A stretch of DNA of 64,000 nucleotides, from contig CALLMJ010000091.1 of assembly GCA_938006875.1 (NCBI GenBank), forward strand, positions 13,177-77,176, in the 5' to 3' direction. This DNA comes from an uncultured Bacteroidia bacterium. GTDB lineage: Bacteria; Bacteroidota; Bacteroidia; J057; CALLMJ01. The translations under genes and the position numbers were made by a program. Below, piece by piece: positions 10,066-20,722 of the stretch (the first letter of the stretch is position 1; the number at the start of each line of letters is the position of its first letter). Below the pieces are notes generated by a model. That model saw only the letters and a list, made by a program, of their open reading frames with translations. It searched no databases and had not been told where the DNA came from.

Positions 10066-13000
10066 TTAATATGCTGTTAAATCAATTTCTGGCATTATAC
10101 CAAAGAATTTCACTACTTTTTGTCCTAAATCACCTGCGTCTATATGAATAATATAGACACCACTTGCAACAGGGACACCATTATTATTTTTCAAATCCCA
10201 TTCTAAGTTGGGGGCATCTGAATCTTTTTTATAAGTTCTAACTAAAGTACCATTTAAAGTAAATATTTTTACTGTACATTTTTGTGGTAGATTAGTTAAT
10301 TTAACTCTACTATCGACCTGAGTATTTTCGTATCTATATTTACCTGTACCAGAACGTCCATAATAAGGATTAGGAACAACTCTAATTAAATCCAAAGCAT
10401 TCTCTGCAATATCTTTTTGATTTAAACTTGCAGCTAAGCGATTGGTGTTAAAAGTGTAGGTAGGATTATCATTAGAGAATTTTTTATTCACTCTTAACTT
10501 AATTGTAACATCACAAGGCATGTCTTCTGGTTTTTTGAAAGCAAATTTTGAATCTCTTAACATTGCGATAGTTACCCATGCGAAGGTATTATGAGCATCA
10601 CTTATGGATACAGAACCAACACCCGGAACATTAGGAAAAACATGACCATTATTAGCACCTTGAGCTACGTCTGAATTACCTACTTTTAAACTTTGAGCTA
10701 AGGTAGCACAACCATCATATTCTGTATTGCTTACATATATATAATGACGTCCACCAACTGCATTAAAATCAGACCCGAACGAAGCAGTAGGATTAAAAAT
10801 CATATCATTTCCGTTTTGATTAGCATACCAAGATGCCTCTGCAAATAAAATATTTAATCTTTTTCCATTATCAACATTGATGGCATAACCAGGAAACCAA
10901 GACATACCTTGAGAGTTTATATCAAGGTTTGAGGATTCATTATTGCCATTGATATCTTTAGAAATTGCCCATCTTGCCGTCATAGGATGAGATCCACCTT
11001 GACCAGCATTTGCTAAGGATTTAGTTGGAGAAGATTCAAGAACAACACATCTTGACCATTTTGATTTGTCTCTTGTCAAAACAATATCAACATTAGGTAG
11101 TTTATTTAAAGTAACTGCATCTCCAATAAAAGCTTCATTATTATTTTGAGTTTCAGCATAAGAAATTCTTGGTCCGATAACCCCAGTGATAGAATTATAA
11201 GAACGTGTCATAATATAAGGTGCCCAAGTTCTATCCAAAACTTTTTCAAATACTTCTTTTGGATCATAAGCGAAATAATTTCTATAAAAAGTAATAGAAG
11301 AACCGTCAGCGCCATAATCTTCTGTTACATCATTATTTCCAGGAGTTTTATGAGCGTTACCCGATAATATCCAGTTCCACTGATCAACAGTATTGGTTTC
11401 ATAATCTTCAAGACCAGTTAACCATGCTTTTGAGGGATCGCTATGTTCAATAGTAGCACCAACAAAACCATTAGTAGGGTCATTCGCCCAATCCCCAGGA
11501 TCAGAAACATCTCTAGCAGAAATAGAAATACCATGTCCATTAATAATTTTTTCTACACCATTTAAAGGTTTAGGATTAGATACACCGGTAGCAGTATCGT
11601 AAACATAAGTAGATTTAAATAATTCCTGCCACACGTTGTTGGTCTTAGTATATAATATCCAATCAGCCCGAACTTGAGTTGAACCTCTATTCTCAATGAG
11701 AGTATCAACCGTCAGTCTAATCATATAATCTCTAGCTTGAACTTCTTTTGGGTTTACTACCTTTATATCAAAAGGTCCAAAACCCGACTGATAAACTAGT
11801 TCATTGACTGTTCCAGACAAGATATTATTTTTAATATCGTCACGCAAATCTAAAAATCTACCACCTGTACCATTTCCTTGATTACGAGTAATTTCTGGTG
11901 CATCACCGTACTGTGAATTTATACGGGTACCAAAATTTTCAAATTCAACTTTATGAGCTACAGCTTTATATCGTTTAAAATTACCGTTACCAGGAACAAA
12001 TTTTCTTCCATCAGCAGAAGTATCATTATAAGCATAGGCAATAATCGTATAATAATAAGGTCTATAATTTACTAAACGTTTATCGGAACCATCAGCAAAT
12101 AAATCTTCGGTTACTCTCACCGATCTAACAATTCCTTTATTAGAACCTTGAACCATGATTTGGTCAACGATTACAGGTTCCGTTAAACCAGCAACTAATT
12201 CAGAAGTTCTATTAACAATGGTTGAAACTGAATCTTGAATATCACATTGCAATAAAACTCTTGCTTTATCGGAATTATTAAGTTCAGAAGCTGATACAGT
12301 ACTATCAATTAATTGATAAACTATGTATCCTTGAAATTTAAAAAAGGGAGATTTTCCAGGTGGTAAAGATGAACTTGCTAGAACGGGATCTTTTTCAGCG
12401 TAATTTTCAAAATAATTATTGGAAATTAGACCAATTTTAGAATAATCCCAAGTTAACAATAATTCTTTATCGTACTCATTAATTGTTAAATCTGGTGCGT
12501 CAGGACCATTTAAAACTTGGAAATCGTTATCAAATAAAGCTTGAGCAATGTCGTCAGCTCGTAGTAGTCTACATAAAGAAGCTATTTCATCATTAGGAGA
12601 ACCAGGAGCCCATACAGCACCAATCACAATTTCATTTACTGCACCAGGAGTTAATGTAAAAGGACCTGCTGACATCAAGAAGCGTCTATCAAAGGGAGGA
12701 TTACCAGCCGATTTTTCAGTCCAACCTGATGCAGCAGCACAAGGACCACCAGGCCATCCAGGAAATATATAATTGGTTCTAGGGAATGCAGTACTCTCAG
12801 CAGAACGACCTCTCTGACCGTCAGCAGTCATGGGAGAGCCATCTTTCCAAAATCCTGTTAAATATTGATAAAAATGATTAGGGCTTGAAGGATTACCATA
12901 AGGAGTAAAGTCATTATCATAATAAACAAATTTTGCCATACCGATTCTTTCTCCTGGCTCATCAATCATTCCATCTTTATCATTATCTACACCATCGTTT

Positions 13001-14016
13001 GCGTCTGCCAGAGGGCCTTGAAAGAAATCCACACCGAAAGAAGGTATTACATTACCATATCCCTGAGCGGTTTCATCGTTATTATCCCCATTATAAATAT
13101 ATCCCAAGCCTCTAATGGTATCACAGCCTACATAATCATCGGAGTAGTTCCCTAAATCTGCATCTACCCATTGTCCAATGTAAGTATTAAAAATAGTATT
13201 CGTAGAACGGTTGATAACTTTTTGTTTGTAGAAAGTCATATCATTTAATTGGTTAGAAGCAGCAAAAGCAAAAGCTAATACTTGTATTTCTAGACCAATT
13301 TGCTCGCCTCCCGTTTCAGTATGAATATTACCTTTATCATTTATGACCCACCAAATTGCTTGGTCTCCATCTACTTTTGGATAATCGCCTCCAATTTCTG
13401 GATCATAAATAGCATTATTGTTAACATCCACAAAAGGAGCTAAATAGGTTTCAAAGTCAGGGTCATTATTCATTGCAGGCCATTCTTTGATAGTGGGATA
13501 TTTAGCAAAATCCACTGAATTAGAAGCAAAATCAGCTCTAAATTGATTGATTTCAGCACGAGTTATTTTAAACATTTTATCCCATTGCTTACAAATTGCA
13601 TCATCAGTGGTAGCAGGGCCATAATTTTGACCTAAAGAAATTTTCAATGGGCCAGGATAAAAATCATTACCACTCTGTCGATAAGTTTGAGCAGCCACTC
13701 TTAACTGACCCGCTTGGTCATAACCACCAATCCATAAAGAAGCGGCAAAAGCAGAGTGTTTCCCTGAACCTTTTGGAACTTCGTAACGAGGATTTCCCAC
13801 TAAATCCCACCACATATCACCACCATTGTGCAACAACGTTCTTACGTTATTGATATCTAACTGGGCAGAGGCACTAGAAGGAACACAACCTGCCGCAGTT
13901 TTCGCTACACCGCCCGTTTTTCTTGGTCCACCGGGCACATTTTCTTTTGCTTGTATGGTTAAACTCAATAACCAAAAGCAAAATAACATCAATTGAATTT
14001 TTATTTTCTGAGCCAT
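10066..14016 (-). CDS. Large (1316 aa) secreted protein of unknown function with a C-terminal T9SS-type / FlgD-Ig-like beta-sandwich sorting domain
   Basis: Signal peptide MAQKIKIQLMLFCFWLLSLTIQA. The C-terminus is VVPNPYY...VKIFTLNGTLVRTY...EWDLKNNNGVPVASGVYIIHIDA...KVVKFFGI. I recognise no catalytic motif. Confidence 0.8.
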   Translation of the reverse strand: MAQKIKIQLMLFCFWLLSLTIQAKENVPGGPRKTGGVAKTAAGCVPSSASAQLDINNVRTLLHNGGDMWWDLVGNPRYEVPKGSGKHSAFAASLWIGGYDQAGQLRVAAQTYRQSGNDFYPGPLKISLGQNYGPATTDDAICKQWDKMFKITRAEINQFRADFASNSVDFAKYPTIKEWPAMNNDPDFETYLAPFVDVNNNAIYDPEIGGDYPKVDGDQAIWWVINDKGNIHTETGGEQIGLEIQVLAFAFAASNQLNDMTFYKQKVINRSTNTIFNTYIGQWVDADLGNYSDDYVGCDTIRGLGYIYNGDNNDETAQGYGNVIPSFGVDFFQGPLADANDGVDNDKDGMIDEPGERIGMAKFVYYDNDFTPYGNPSSPNHFYQYLTGFWKDGSPMTADGQRGRSAESTAFPRTNYIFPGWPGGPCAAASGWTEKSAGNPPFDRRFLMSAGPFTLTPGAVNEIVIGAVWAPGSPNDEIASLCRLLRADDIAQALFDNDFQVLNGPDAPDLTINEYDKELLLTWDYSKIGLISNNYFENYAEKDPVLASSSLPPGKSPFFKFQGYIVYQLIDSTVSASELNNSDKARVLLQCDIQDSVSTIVNRTSELVAGLTEPVIVDQIMVQGSNKGIVRSVRVTEDLFADGSDKRLVNYRPYYYTIIAYAYNDTSADGRKFVPGNGNFKRYKAVAHKVEFENFGTRINSQYGDAPEITRNQGNGTGGRFLDLRDDIKNNILSGTVNELVYQSGFGPFDIKVVNPKEVQARDYMIRLTVDTLIENRGSTQVRADWILYTKTNNVWQELFKSTYVYDTATGVSNPKPLNGVEKIINGHGISISARDVSDPGDWANDPTNGFVGATIEHSDPSKAWLTGLEDYETNTVDQWNWILSGNAHKTPGNNDVTEDYGADGSSITFYRNYFAYDPKEVFEKVLDRTWAPYIMTRSYNSITGVIGPRISYAETQNNNEAFIGDAVTLNKLPNVDIVLTRDKSKWSRCVVLESSPTKSLANAGQGGSHPMTARWAISKDINGNNESSNLDINSQGMSWFPGYAINVDNGKRLNILFAEASWYANQNGNDMIFNPTASFGSDFNAVGGRHYIYVSNTEYDGCATLAQSLKVGNSDVAQGANNGHVFPNVPGVGSVSISDAHNTFAWVTIAMLRDSKFAFKKPEDMPCDVTIKLRVNKKFSNDNPTYTFNTNRLAASLNQKDIAENALDLIRVVPNPYYGRSGTGKYRYENTQVDSRVKLTNLPQKCTVKIFTLNGTLVRTYKKDSDAPNLEWDLKNNNGVPVASGVYIIHIDAGDLGQKVVKFFGIMPEIDLTAY

Positions 14017-14019
14017 AAT

Positions 14020-17000
14020 TTAAAAATTAAAAATTACACCTAATCTTAAACGTCTTGGTAAACTAAAATTAAAAGGACTATTCGCTTTGATTGTGTATAA
14101 ATCCACAAATGAAGCAGGACTAAACTGAGTAGCAATCGTTTGCTGACCAATAGAAGATTGTAAAAATCCGTTATCATCAGGCAAACCAGAATAAGTATAA
14201 ACACCAATGATATTTTTGGTATTTAATAGGTTCAAACATAATATATGTACATTTAAAGAATATTCTCTTGTACGGCTTTTTTGCCCAGTTTCTTCATTAA
14301 CCTTTTCTTTGCCACCAAAATAAAAATCTCTATCAATTCTTAAATCAAAACGTAAATTGAAGGGCAATCTTGAACCTTGTGGAGTACCAGCAGTTTGAAT
14401 GTTTGGATTAATACCAAACTGTACATCAGCAGTATTAGGTAAGGAGTTTCTAGTAAATGGAGTACCAGAACCTAAATTAAAGGTTAAGTTAGCACCGAAG
14501 TTTTTGAAAGGATAAATTCTTTTTCCAGTGCTGTCATTTCCACCAAAACCAGGACCATTTAAATATTTACCAGGTTTCACTTGGTCTCCTGTAAATCTAA
14601 AATCTACGTTTCCAGTGAATGTATGTCTTTGATCAAATGAAAGAGGTAACAAAGTTCTAAGTACTGCAAAACCCTCAATAGAACCTAACGTTGCTCTTGA
14701 AGAGTTGAAGCTAGAACCTGTACCACTTGCGAATTGTAATGTATAAGCAGCACGCATTTTAACAGGACCCATTCTACGAGATTCTAATGACCCAGAAAAA
14801 CCTTTTACAGTAGAAAAGTCTAAATTTTCAAAGGAATCATAAGTGATGGGATACGCAAAATTATTACGGAGTACCTGAATCATATTACGCATTTCACGGT
14901 AGAAAGCGGTTAATGTTAAAGCCATTTTATCACCAACAGCCTGTTTAAAACCTACTTCATAGTCAATGGTAGTTTCGGGTTTTAAATTAGGGTTATTGAT
15001 AGAGCTGGTAGCATTTTGGTTTATGAAAAGATAATTTGTAAACTGGCCAATTTCAGCAGCTTTTGGGCGTTGAGTTAAAACATCATAGTGAGCAAAGAAA
15101 AGAGCTTCATCAGAAATTGGGAATGAGAAAGAAATACGAGGCATAACATTTACTTGAGGTTTATAGTCCGTAAAAGCGTCAATACTTAATGTATCCGACT
15201 TTATGTAAGGTTGAACTTTACCACCTGTTGCTAGTAAACGAGGGTCGGTAGGAGTTCCATTAGCATCATACCAAATAGACTCATCTCTATAACCAATAAT
15301 TCTACTCGGATTATTGATATTATCAACATAAGGAGCCCATGTAGATTTTACGGTTGATGGTAAAGAAGTACCCAATAAATTTGCTGCTTCACCTGCATTA
15401 TAAAAATCTCTCATAATGAATTTATCTTTCAATACTTTTTGGTTAGCATCAAAGCGGTCTACACGTACACCTATATTGAAAATCATTTTATTGACTTCAA
15501 ATTTATCTTGTAAAAAAACTGCTAAATAGGAAGGAGAATAAGCGTTTTGATGTCTAAAATCTTTATTGGTAAAGAACTCATTATCCGCTTTTCTTCCTAC
15601 TCTATTTCCTCTAAAATCATAACCATAATAAGTAACGAAAGAGGCACCATTATTGAGTAATTCATCAGCATTGAACATATCTAAACTAAAAGTACTGGGA
15701 TCCATAGCATCAATTTGTAAAAATTCTGTACCATTAATAGGTTTACCTAATGCTTGTCTTAAATTTCTATCAAAATTCGATTGTCCTGATTCTTCATATT
15801 TTCTATCGTAATGTACAATATCTTGGAAAACCCCGTTCACATAAACCGGCATAGGATTGTCATAATCAATAGTAGTTAAATGTTTATTCGCTAATTGCCG
15901 CATAATACTCCAGATTGCTCTAGATGAGATACCCCAATATCTTTGAGTTCTTTGTTGAAACTCAAAACCGAATTTAATATTGTGATTACCAATTTCAGCA
16001 GTTGCCTGACCCGTCAAACGATACATTTGTTCGTTATATTTTGAATAAATACCAAAAATATTACCTTGAGGGTTATATAAAGAATAAATATTTTGAGGGA
16101 CGTCTCCATTACGAACACCTCCTAAAATTAATAAATCCGTTTGTGATAATACTGTATTAGAAGTTCTTGTTGAAAAAGTTGTAAAATCAAATACTTGTCT
16201 TGGATTGTTTCTTAAATAAGAATAAATATCTTTAAGATAATTAGCCATTAAAGGATTACTAGAGTTAGCAGCACTAAATACATAATTAGTATCAGTAAAA
16301 CCGATAGTACCTAAATATGGACCTTGTGAAATTGAGGGATTATGAAATTCAGAACCTGGATTTATAGGAAATAAAATTTCTGCAAAATTAGAAGTAAAGC
16401 TTCCATAGTGTCCATAATTGAAGATTCTGTCTCTATGTCTATCATCCATTCTATTTTGGTTAAATACTTGATAATCAGCTTGGATGGTATAGAACAAATT
16501 TTTAATAAAAGAACCAGTATCTTGGAAAACTTGTTGGAAACGTATGTAACCACGAGCCGTATAATCTTTTCTACGTTCAAAGGCTTCTTGAGCTAACAAT
16601 GAATTGGTTAAACTCCAAACTCTTAAATTGGTGTTATCATAATTTCCGCCTACTTTGATGAAAGAGTTTTTGCCTAATTGGTAATCTAATCTAACATTGG
16701 CTCTAATTCCTCTATTCAATGCACCATCTTTCCATTTTTCGTTAATAATGTCATTTCTTGTTAAATAATTCGCTCTATTAATAAAGAAAGTACCATCAGG
16801 AGAAGTAGTTAAAGGATGATTTTTTAAATCTTCTAAAACTTCAGGTTTTACTTTGTAGATACCAACCGCTGAAGGGCTTGCATCTCTTTGTGATTCCAAC
16901 TCAAAACCTGCGAAATAACCTAGTTTCGTATTAGTTCTTTTTCCTGTTGAATCTTTTTTACTGATGAGAGGACCAGAACCAGAAACTGCGACTAAATTAT

Positions 17001-17733
17001 AACCATATCTATCAAATACTTCCGAAGTAATTGCCTCAACGGAGCCTGTATGCTCAGCACTGGGAGCAGAAGTAGTAATTTGAATAATACCCCCTGTTGC
17101 ATCACCATATTCAGCAGGCGTACCACCCGTAATAACGGATAACTGAGAAATTGCTGCACGAGGTAAGGCAGTTCTACCACTCACACGAACACCATCAATA
17201 AAATATTCTTGACCTTCAGCACGAGCACCTCTTACATTAAAACCTTGTTGGTCATCTTTTTGTACAATACCTGCACTTGTTGCTATATTAGAAGATATAC
17301 TTCTTGATGCTAATTTATCTAAATCTTGTTTCGTTAATGTATTTCCAGAAACGGTTTGGTCTGCTTCAATGAGTTTTTCACCTGTAATTTCCACAGTACC
17401 CATTTCCACAACTGCCCCAACAAAGATTTCTCGGACTACTGTTTTTCCTGGACCCACCACAACTCCTTTGATGGTTGTAACTTGACCAGAATAAGAGACC
17501 TCTATATCATAATTTCCCGGAGTTACAGGAGAAAAACTATATTCTCCTTTATCGTCTGTATTCATACCTCCCTTCAAGACACCATTCAAATAAATTTTTA
17601 CAGTAGCAAAGGGAAGCGTTTCTTTAGTTTCATTATCCCTAACGACCCCTTTAATTTTGGCGGCATCCTGCCCATACAAAAAACTGTTACTAAACAAAAG
17701 TAACAATATCAAATATTTAAGCCGTTTATACAT
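14020..17733 (-). CDS. TonB-dependent-receptor-like outer-membrane protein with an N-terminal carboxypeptidase-regulatory-like domain (about 1237 aa from the ATG at 17733; the ORF is open to 17799)
   Basis: MYKRLKYLILLLLFSNSFLYGQ signal peptide. CarboxypepD_reg-like GVVRDNETKETLPFATVKIY. Plug-like segment NVRGARAEGQEYFIDGVRV. C-terminal barrel ending ...LGVIFNF. Confidence 0.8.
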   Translation of the reverse strand: MYKRLKYLILLLLFSNSFLYGQDAAKIKGVVRDNETKETLPFATVKIYLNGVLKGGMNTDDKGEYSFSPVTPGNYDIEVSYSGQVTTIKGVVVGPGKTVVREIFVGAVVEMGTVEITGEKLIEADQTVSGNTLTKQDLDKLASRSISSNIATSAGIVQKDDQQGFNVRGARAEGQEYFIDGVRVSGRTALPRAAISQLSVITGGTPAEYGDATGGIIQITTSAPSAEHTGSVEAITSEVFDRYGYNLVAVSGSGPLISKKDSTGKRTNTKLGYFAGFELESQRDASPSAVGIYKVKPEVLEDLKNHPLTTSPDGTFFINRANYLTRNDIINEKWKDGALNRGIRANVRLDYQLGKNSFIKVGGNYDNTNLRVWSLTNSLLAQEAFERRKDYTARGYIRFQQVFQDTGSFIKNLFYTIQADYQVFNQNRMDDRHRDRIFNYGHYGSFTSNFAEILFPINPGSEFHNPSISQGPYLGTIGFTDTNYVFSAANSSNPLMANYLKDIYSYLRNNPRQVFDFTTFSTRTSNTVLSQTDLLILGGVRNGDVPQNIYSLYNPQGNIFGIYSKYNEQMYRLTGQATAEIGNHNIKFGFEFQQRTQRYWGISSRAIWSIMRQLANKHLTTIDYDNPMPVYVNGVFQDIVHYDRKYEESGQSNFDRNLRQALGKPINGTEFLQIDAMDPSTFSLDMFNADELLNNGASFVTYYGYDFRGNRVGRKADNEFFTNKDFRHQNAYSPSYLAVFLQDKFEVNKMIFNIGVRVDRFDANQKVLKDKFIMRDFYNAGEAANLLGTSLPSTVKSTWAPYVDNINNPSRIIGYRDESIWYDANGTPTDPRLLATGGKVQPYIKSDTLSIDAFTDYKPQVNVMPRISFSFPISDEALFFAHYDVLTQRPKAAEIGQFTNYLFINQNATSSINNPNLKPETTIDYEVGFKQAVGDKMALTLTAFYREMRNMIQVLRNNFAYPITYDSFENLDFSTVKGFSGSLESRRMGPVKMRAAYTLQFASGTGSSFNSSRATLGSIEGFAVLRTLLPLSFDQRHTFTGNVDFRFTGDQVKPGKYLNGPGFGGNDSTGKRIYPFKNFGANLTFNLGSGTPFTRNSLPNTADVQFGINPNIQTAGTPQGSRLPFNLRFDLRIDRDFYFGGKEKVNEETGQKSRTREYSLNVHILCLNLLNTKNIIGVYTYSGLPDDNGFLQSSIGQQTIATQFSPASFVDLYTIKANSPFNFSLPRRLRLGVIFNF

Positions 17734-18008
17734 AAAGTTTTTGTATTGAAGATTTATCATGTCCACTCTATATTTTCTACTTATTATTTCTTTAAACAAT
17801 TCGGCAAATATACAATAAAAGATTTTTTATCTACCAAATTCGTTAATTTTTTTTTAATTTTTTTGTCATATTCGCAATTTTCATAAAACTAAAAAACTTA
17901 TTTTATTGAAAAACAGCTATATAAACAATTCCTAAATTATTTTCTATTGTTACTAATTATTACAAGATAAAAAGCTATTTTTGATAGCAAGCTTTGATAT
18001 TTTTTTAT

Positions 18009-18839
18009 TTAAAGTTGCGTTTTTAACAATATTAATAAATCCTGCCAAACTTTTTCTTTTCCTACTTCATTAAAAATTTCGTGATACATCTCAGGATAAA
18101 TTTTCAGAGTAGAACCATTTTCTTTAGAGATTTTTTCAAAAAAATCTTGTGTAGCTTTTGCATCTACCAATTTATCATCACCAGCTATCAAAAAATGTAA
18201 ACCTTTTTGGGTTTTTGTAACATCTAAAAAGGCTGATTCTATAGCTTTCATAGTTGCTTCGTACCAACCCGCAGTAGCATTTTTCAACACCAATTTATCA
18301 TTTTTGTAGTTTTCTACTACTTTAGGGTCATGAGATATATGATCTGGATTTAAGCCAGATGGTATAGAAATTTGAGGATAAATATTTACGATAAGTTTGG
18401 ATAATGATTTTTTCCAACCAGGTACGTGAGCTGATACACCGAGAAATGGTGAAGATACGACTTTTAAAAGCCAATGATTTTTTTCATACATAGTTTGGTG
18501 ATAGCGTATCACAATTAAACCTCCCATAGAATGACCCACTAAAAACCATTTTGTTTTGGGATATTTCTGTTCATAATAATTCCTAACTATGTTCAAGTCT
18601 TGAAGGTATTCATTAAAATTTTGAATGTAAGCTCTAATCCCTTCACTTTTTCCATGACCTCTCAAATCAAAACCTACTGAATTAAAACCTTTTTCAGCAA
18701 AAAAATTCATAATTTCAATAAATCTCATGGAATGTTCAGCAAAACCATGAACCCATAAAATGGTTGGAGCTTCTTCTGAAAAGAAATTTGAAATAGTAAA
18801 AAGTTTAAGTCCATTAGATTGAATAAACTCTGTTTTCAT
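18009..18839 (-). CDS. Alpha/beta hydrolase (lysophospholipase / monoacylglycerol-lipase-like)
   Basis: 276 aa with HG oxyanion region WVHGFAEH, nucleophile elbow GHSMGG and a C-terminal YHEIFNE (His). Confidence 0.8.
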   Translation of the reverse strand: MKTEFIQSNGLKLFTISNFFSEEAPTILWVHGFAEHSMRFIEIMNFFAEKGFNSVGFDLRGHGKSEGIRAYIQNFNEYLQDLNIVRNYYEQKYPKTKWFLVGHSMGGLIVIRYHQTMYEKNHWLLKVVSSPFLGVSAHVPGWKKSLSKLIVNIYPQISIPSGLNPDHISHDPKVVENYKNDKLVLKNATAGWYEATMKAIESAFLDVTKTQKGLHFLIAGDDKLVDAKATQDFFEKISKENGSTLKIYPEMYHEIFNEVGKEKVWQDLLILLKTQL

Positions 18840-18846
18840 TTGTATA

Positions 18847-19704
18847 TTAAATTGTAATTAGTTCAGATATTAATAATATTGCCATTACAGTCATGAATAA
18901 ACCTAACCACATTTTGGGATAGACTTTTTCATTAAAAAACAAAACACCTACAAAAGTAAGTAAAAATATAATTCCTATGTTATTTAATGGGAAAAATTTT
19001 GAGCCATCCATTTTATTTAAAGCACTTAACATAAAAATTAAAGAAAAAAAATTGGGAACTCCTAATAAAATTCCTGATATTATATTTTTTAATTGCGGAA
19101 CATTTTTGTTAATAATTAAATAGCTGAAACCCAGAATACCAGCAGTACCGAAAACCATGATTGTAAAAATATCCTGAGGTACAGAAAAAGAATAATAAAA
19201 TGTAAATACTTTAAAAACGGTATCGATGATGCCATTCCCAACAAATAAAATAATTCCTCGCTTTAATATATTGTTACTTTCTAATTTTTTTTGCGAATTT
19301 GAGGAATTCAGAAAATAAATAGCCATTAATGCAACGATTAATCCTATTCCTTGTAGAACAGTAATTTTTTCTTGAAATAAAAATATAGAAACACTCACAG
19401 GTACTACAACCGAAATTCTCCCAAACAAACCTGTATAACTTAATCCTATTTCTTGAGAAGCTTTACCGATTTGAAAAAACATAAAAATAAATAAAAAACC
19501 TTGTAAAACTGCTAATGCATACACTCCAAAATCTAAATGGAGCATTTGCCTAAATACATTTTTGTTATATAAGATACCACAAACTACACAAACTGCATAA
19601 TTCACGGTAATAGCTTGAATTAGCTCGATGTTTTTCTTTTGAAATAAGCGGAACAATATCACCAATAAACAAGAGGTGATTACAGAACCGAGTAAAAAAA
19701 TCAT
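18847..19704 (-). CDS. Polytopic membrane protein, DMT/EamA-like transporter (putative)
   Basis: 285 aa with about 10 hydrophobic segments in two similar halves. No stronger motif is recognised. Confidence 0.55.
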   Translation of the reverse strand: MIFLLGSVITSCLLVILFRLFQKKNIELIQAITVNYAVCVVCGILYNKNVFRQMLHLDFGVYALAVLQGFLFIFMFFQIGKASQEIGLSYTGLFGRISVVVPVSVSIFLFQEKITVLQGIGLIVALMAIYFLNSSNSQKKLESNNILKRGIILFVGNGIIDTVFKVFTFYYSFSVPQDIFTIMVFGTAGILGFSYLIINKNVPQLKNIISGILLGVPNFFSLIFMLSALNKMDGSKFFPLNNIGIIFLLTFVGVLFFNEKVYPKMWLGLFMTVMAILLISELITI

Positions 19705-19716
19705 GCTAATAAAGAT

Positions 19717-20580
19717 TTATTTAGGGCATTTATCTTTTGCTTCAATCACATAAGTGAGAATAAAACCTGTATAAAAATACCAATCTTTTTGATTTTTAAA
19801 ACCGCGAGTTAAATTTTCGCGATAGGAACTATTGGAATAATTGGAACCGAAGTCAGTAAAAACACTTCTATCGGAAAGTTGCATGGGTATGGCGCCCTGC
19901 TGTCGCAGCATTTCTTGAGGATCTACATAGCGGTCGCTTACATCATCTAGATAATCTGTAAATAATTTTCTTGCACCAAGTTCTAAAGCTAAATCCCATT
20001 TTTCACCCATTCTAAATTTAAAACCACCTCCAAAAGGAATATTGAATTGAGTTAATTTATATGGCTTTGGAGTACCCTCTAATCCTTTTAAATATTGACC
20101 TTCTGTACCAATGGGTTGTAAATCATACCATTTACCATTTAATTGAGCTTGTGGGTTAAATCTATAGATAGCTAAGCCTGCAAAAACATATGGAGTAAAA
20201 ATGGGTCTAAATATAGACCTTCCATAACTTCCAATAAAATCATACACTAAATTTACATTAAACTCATTGATTTCACTTCTGAAATGAAGATTTCTGTTTT
20301 TTCTTTTTTCGTCTGTTGATAAAGAATCTGCTGCACCTATTCTACCATAAAGATACCCTAACCTTAAATACATGTGAGGATTAAAATGATAATTGGCTAC
20401 AAATCCGCCACCGGGTTTGGTAAATTTTAACGTATTATTATCATCTAAATCACCTTTGTAATTAGTAGCACCTAAAGTAGGACCAAAAGAAAAATAGTTA
20501 TGTCTTCTTTGAGCTTTTGAATAATGAGTATAAAACACAAAAACCAAGAAAATAATTAAAGCAAAAACAGAGTTTTTCAT
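19717..20580 (-). CDS. Outer-membrane beta-barrel protein (DUF6089-like); start taken at the ATG at 20580
   Basis: MKNSVFALIIFLVFVFYTHYSKAQ signal peptide, then FSFGPTLGATNYKGDLDD and alternating aromatic/Gly strands. Confidence 0.55.
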   Translation of the reverse strand: MKNSVFALIIFLVFVFYTHYSKAQRRHNYFSFGPTLGATNYKGDLDDNNTLKFTKPGGGFVANYHFNPHMYLRLGYLYGRIGAADSLSTDEKRKNRNLHFRSEINEFNVNLVYDFIGSYGRSIFRPIFTPYVFAGLAIYRFNPQAQLNGKWYDLQPIGTEGQYLKGLEGTPKPYKLTQFNIPFGGGFKFRMGEKWDLALELGARKLFTDYLDDVSDRYVDPQEMLRQQGAIPMQLSDRSVFTDFGSNYSNSSYRENLTRGFKNQKDWYFYTGFILTYVIEAKDKCPK

Positions 20581-20722
20581 TGAGTAAAAAATAAGAATTC
20601 CAAAATTAGGATAAAAAATTGAAAACACAAAATTTTTTAAAAGTTGAACATAATAGCTTTAAGACTTTATAAACACATTTCGTGCAAAGCGAAAAAACTG
20701 TTTGTTTTAAATTTCAAGAATT

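Noticed and set aside
4395-17703. Short ORFs antisense to or nested in rnc, fabF, acpP, the 1316-aa gene and the TonB-like gene (e.g. 4395-4628, 4995-5195, 5553-5797, 6100-6285, 11146-11367, 12548-12772, 12933-13115, 13647-13853, 16362-16596, 16992-17180, 17356-17703)
   Set aside because: All lie inside long, well-supported genes on the opposite strand or in another frame. They have low-complexity or odd composition and no recognisable motifs. They are typical shadow ORFs.
17734-17799. N-terminal extensions given by the ORF track (17799 versus 17733; likewise 30775 versus 30670, 33260 versus 33302, 45445 versus 45424, 46782 versus 46800, 52040 versus 52106, 20628 versus 20580, 7661 versus 7634)
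   Set aside because: The extended versions begin at TTG or distant ATG codons and place non-signal sequence in front of a clear signal peptide or conserved N-terminus. The downstream ATG gives a canonical signal peptide or family N-terminus in each case. The choice is by inspection, not proven.
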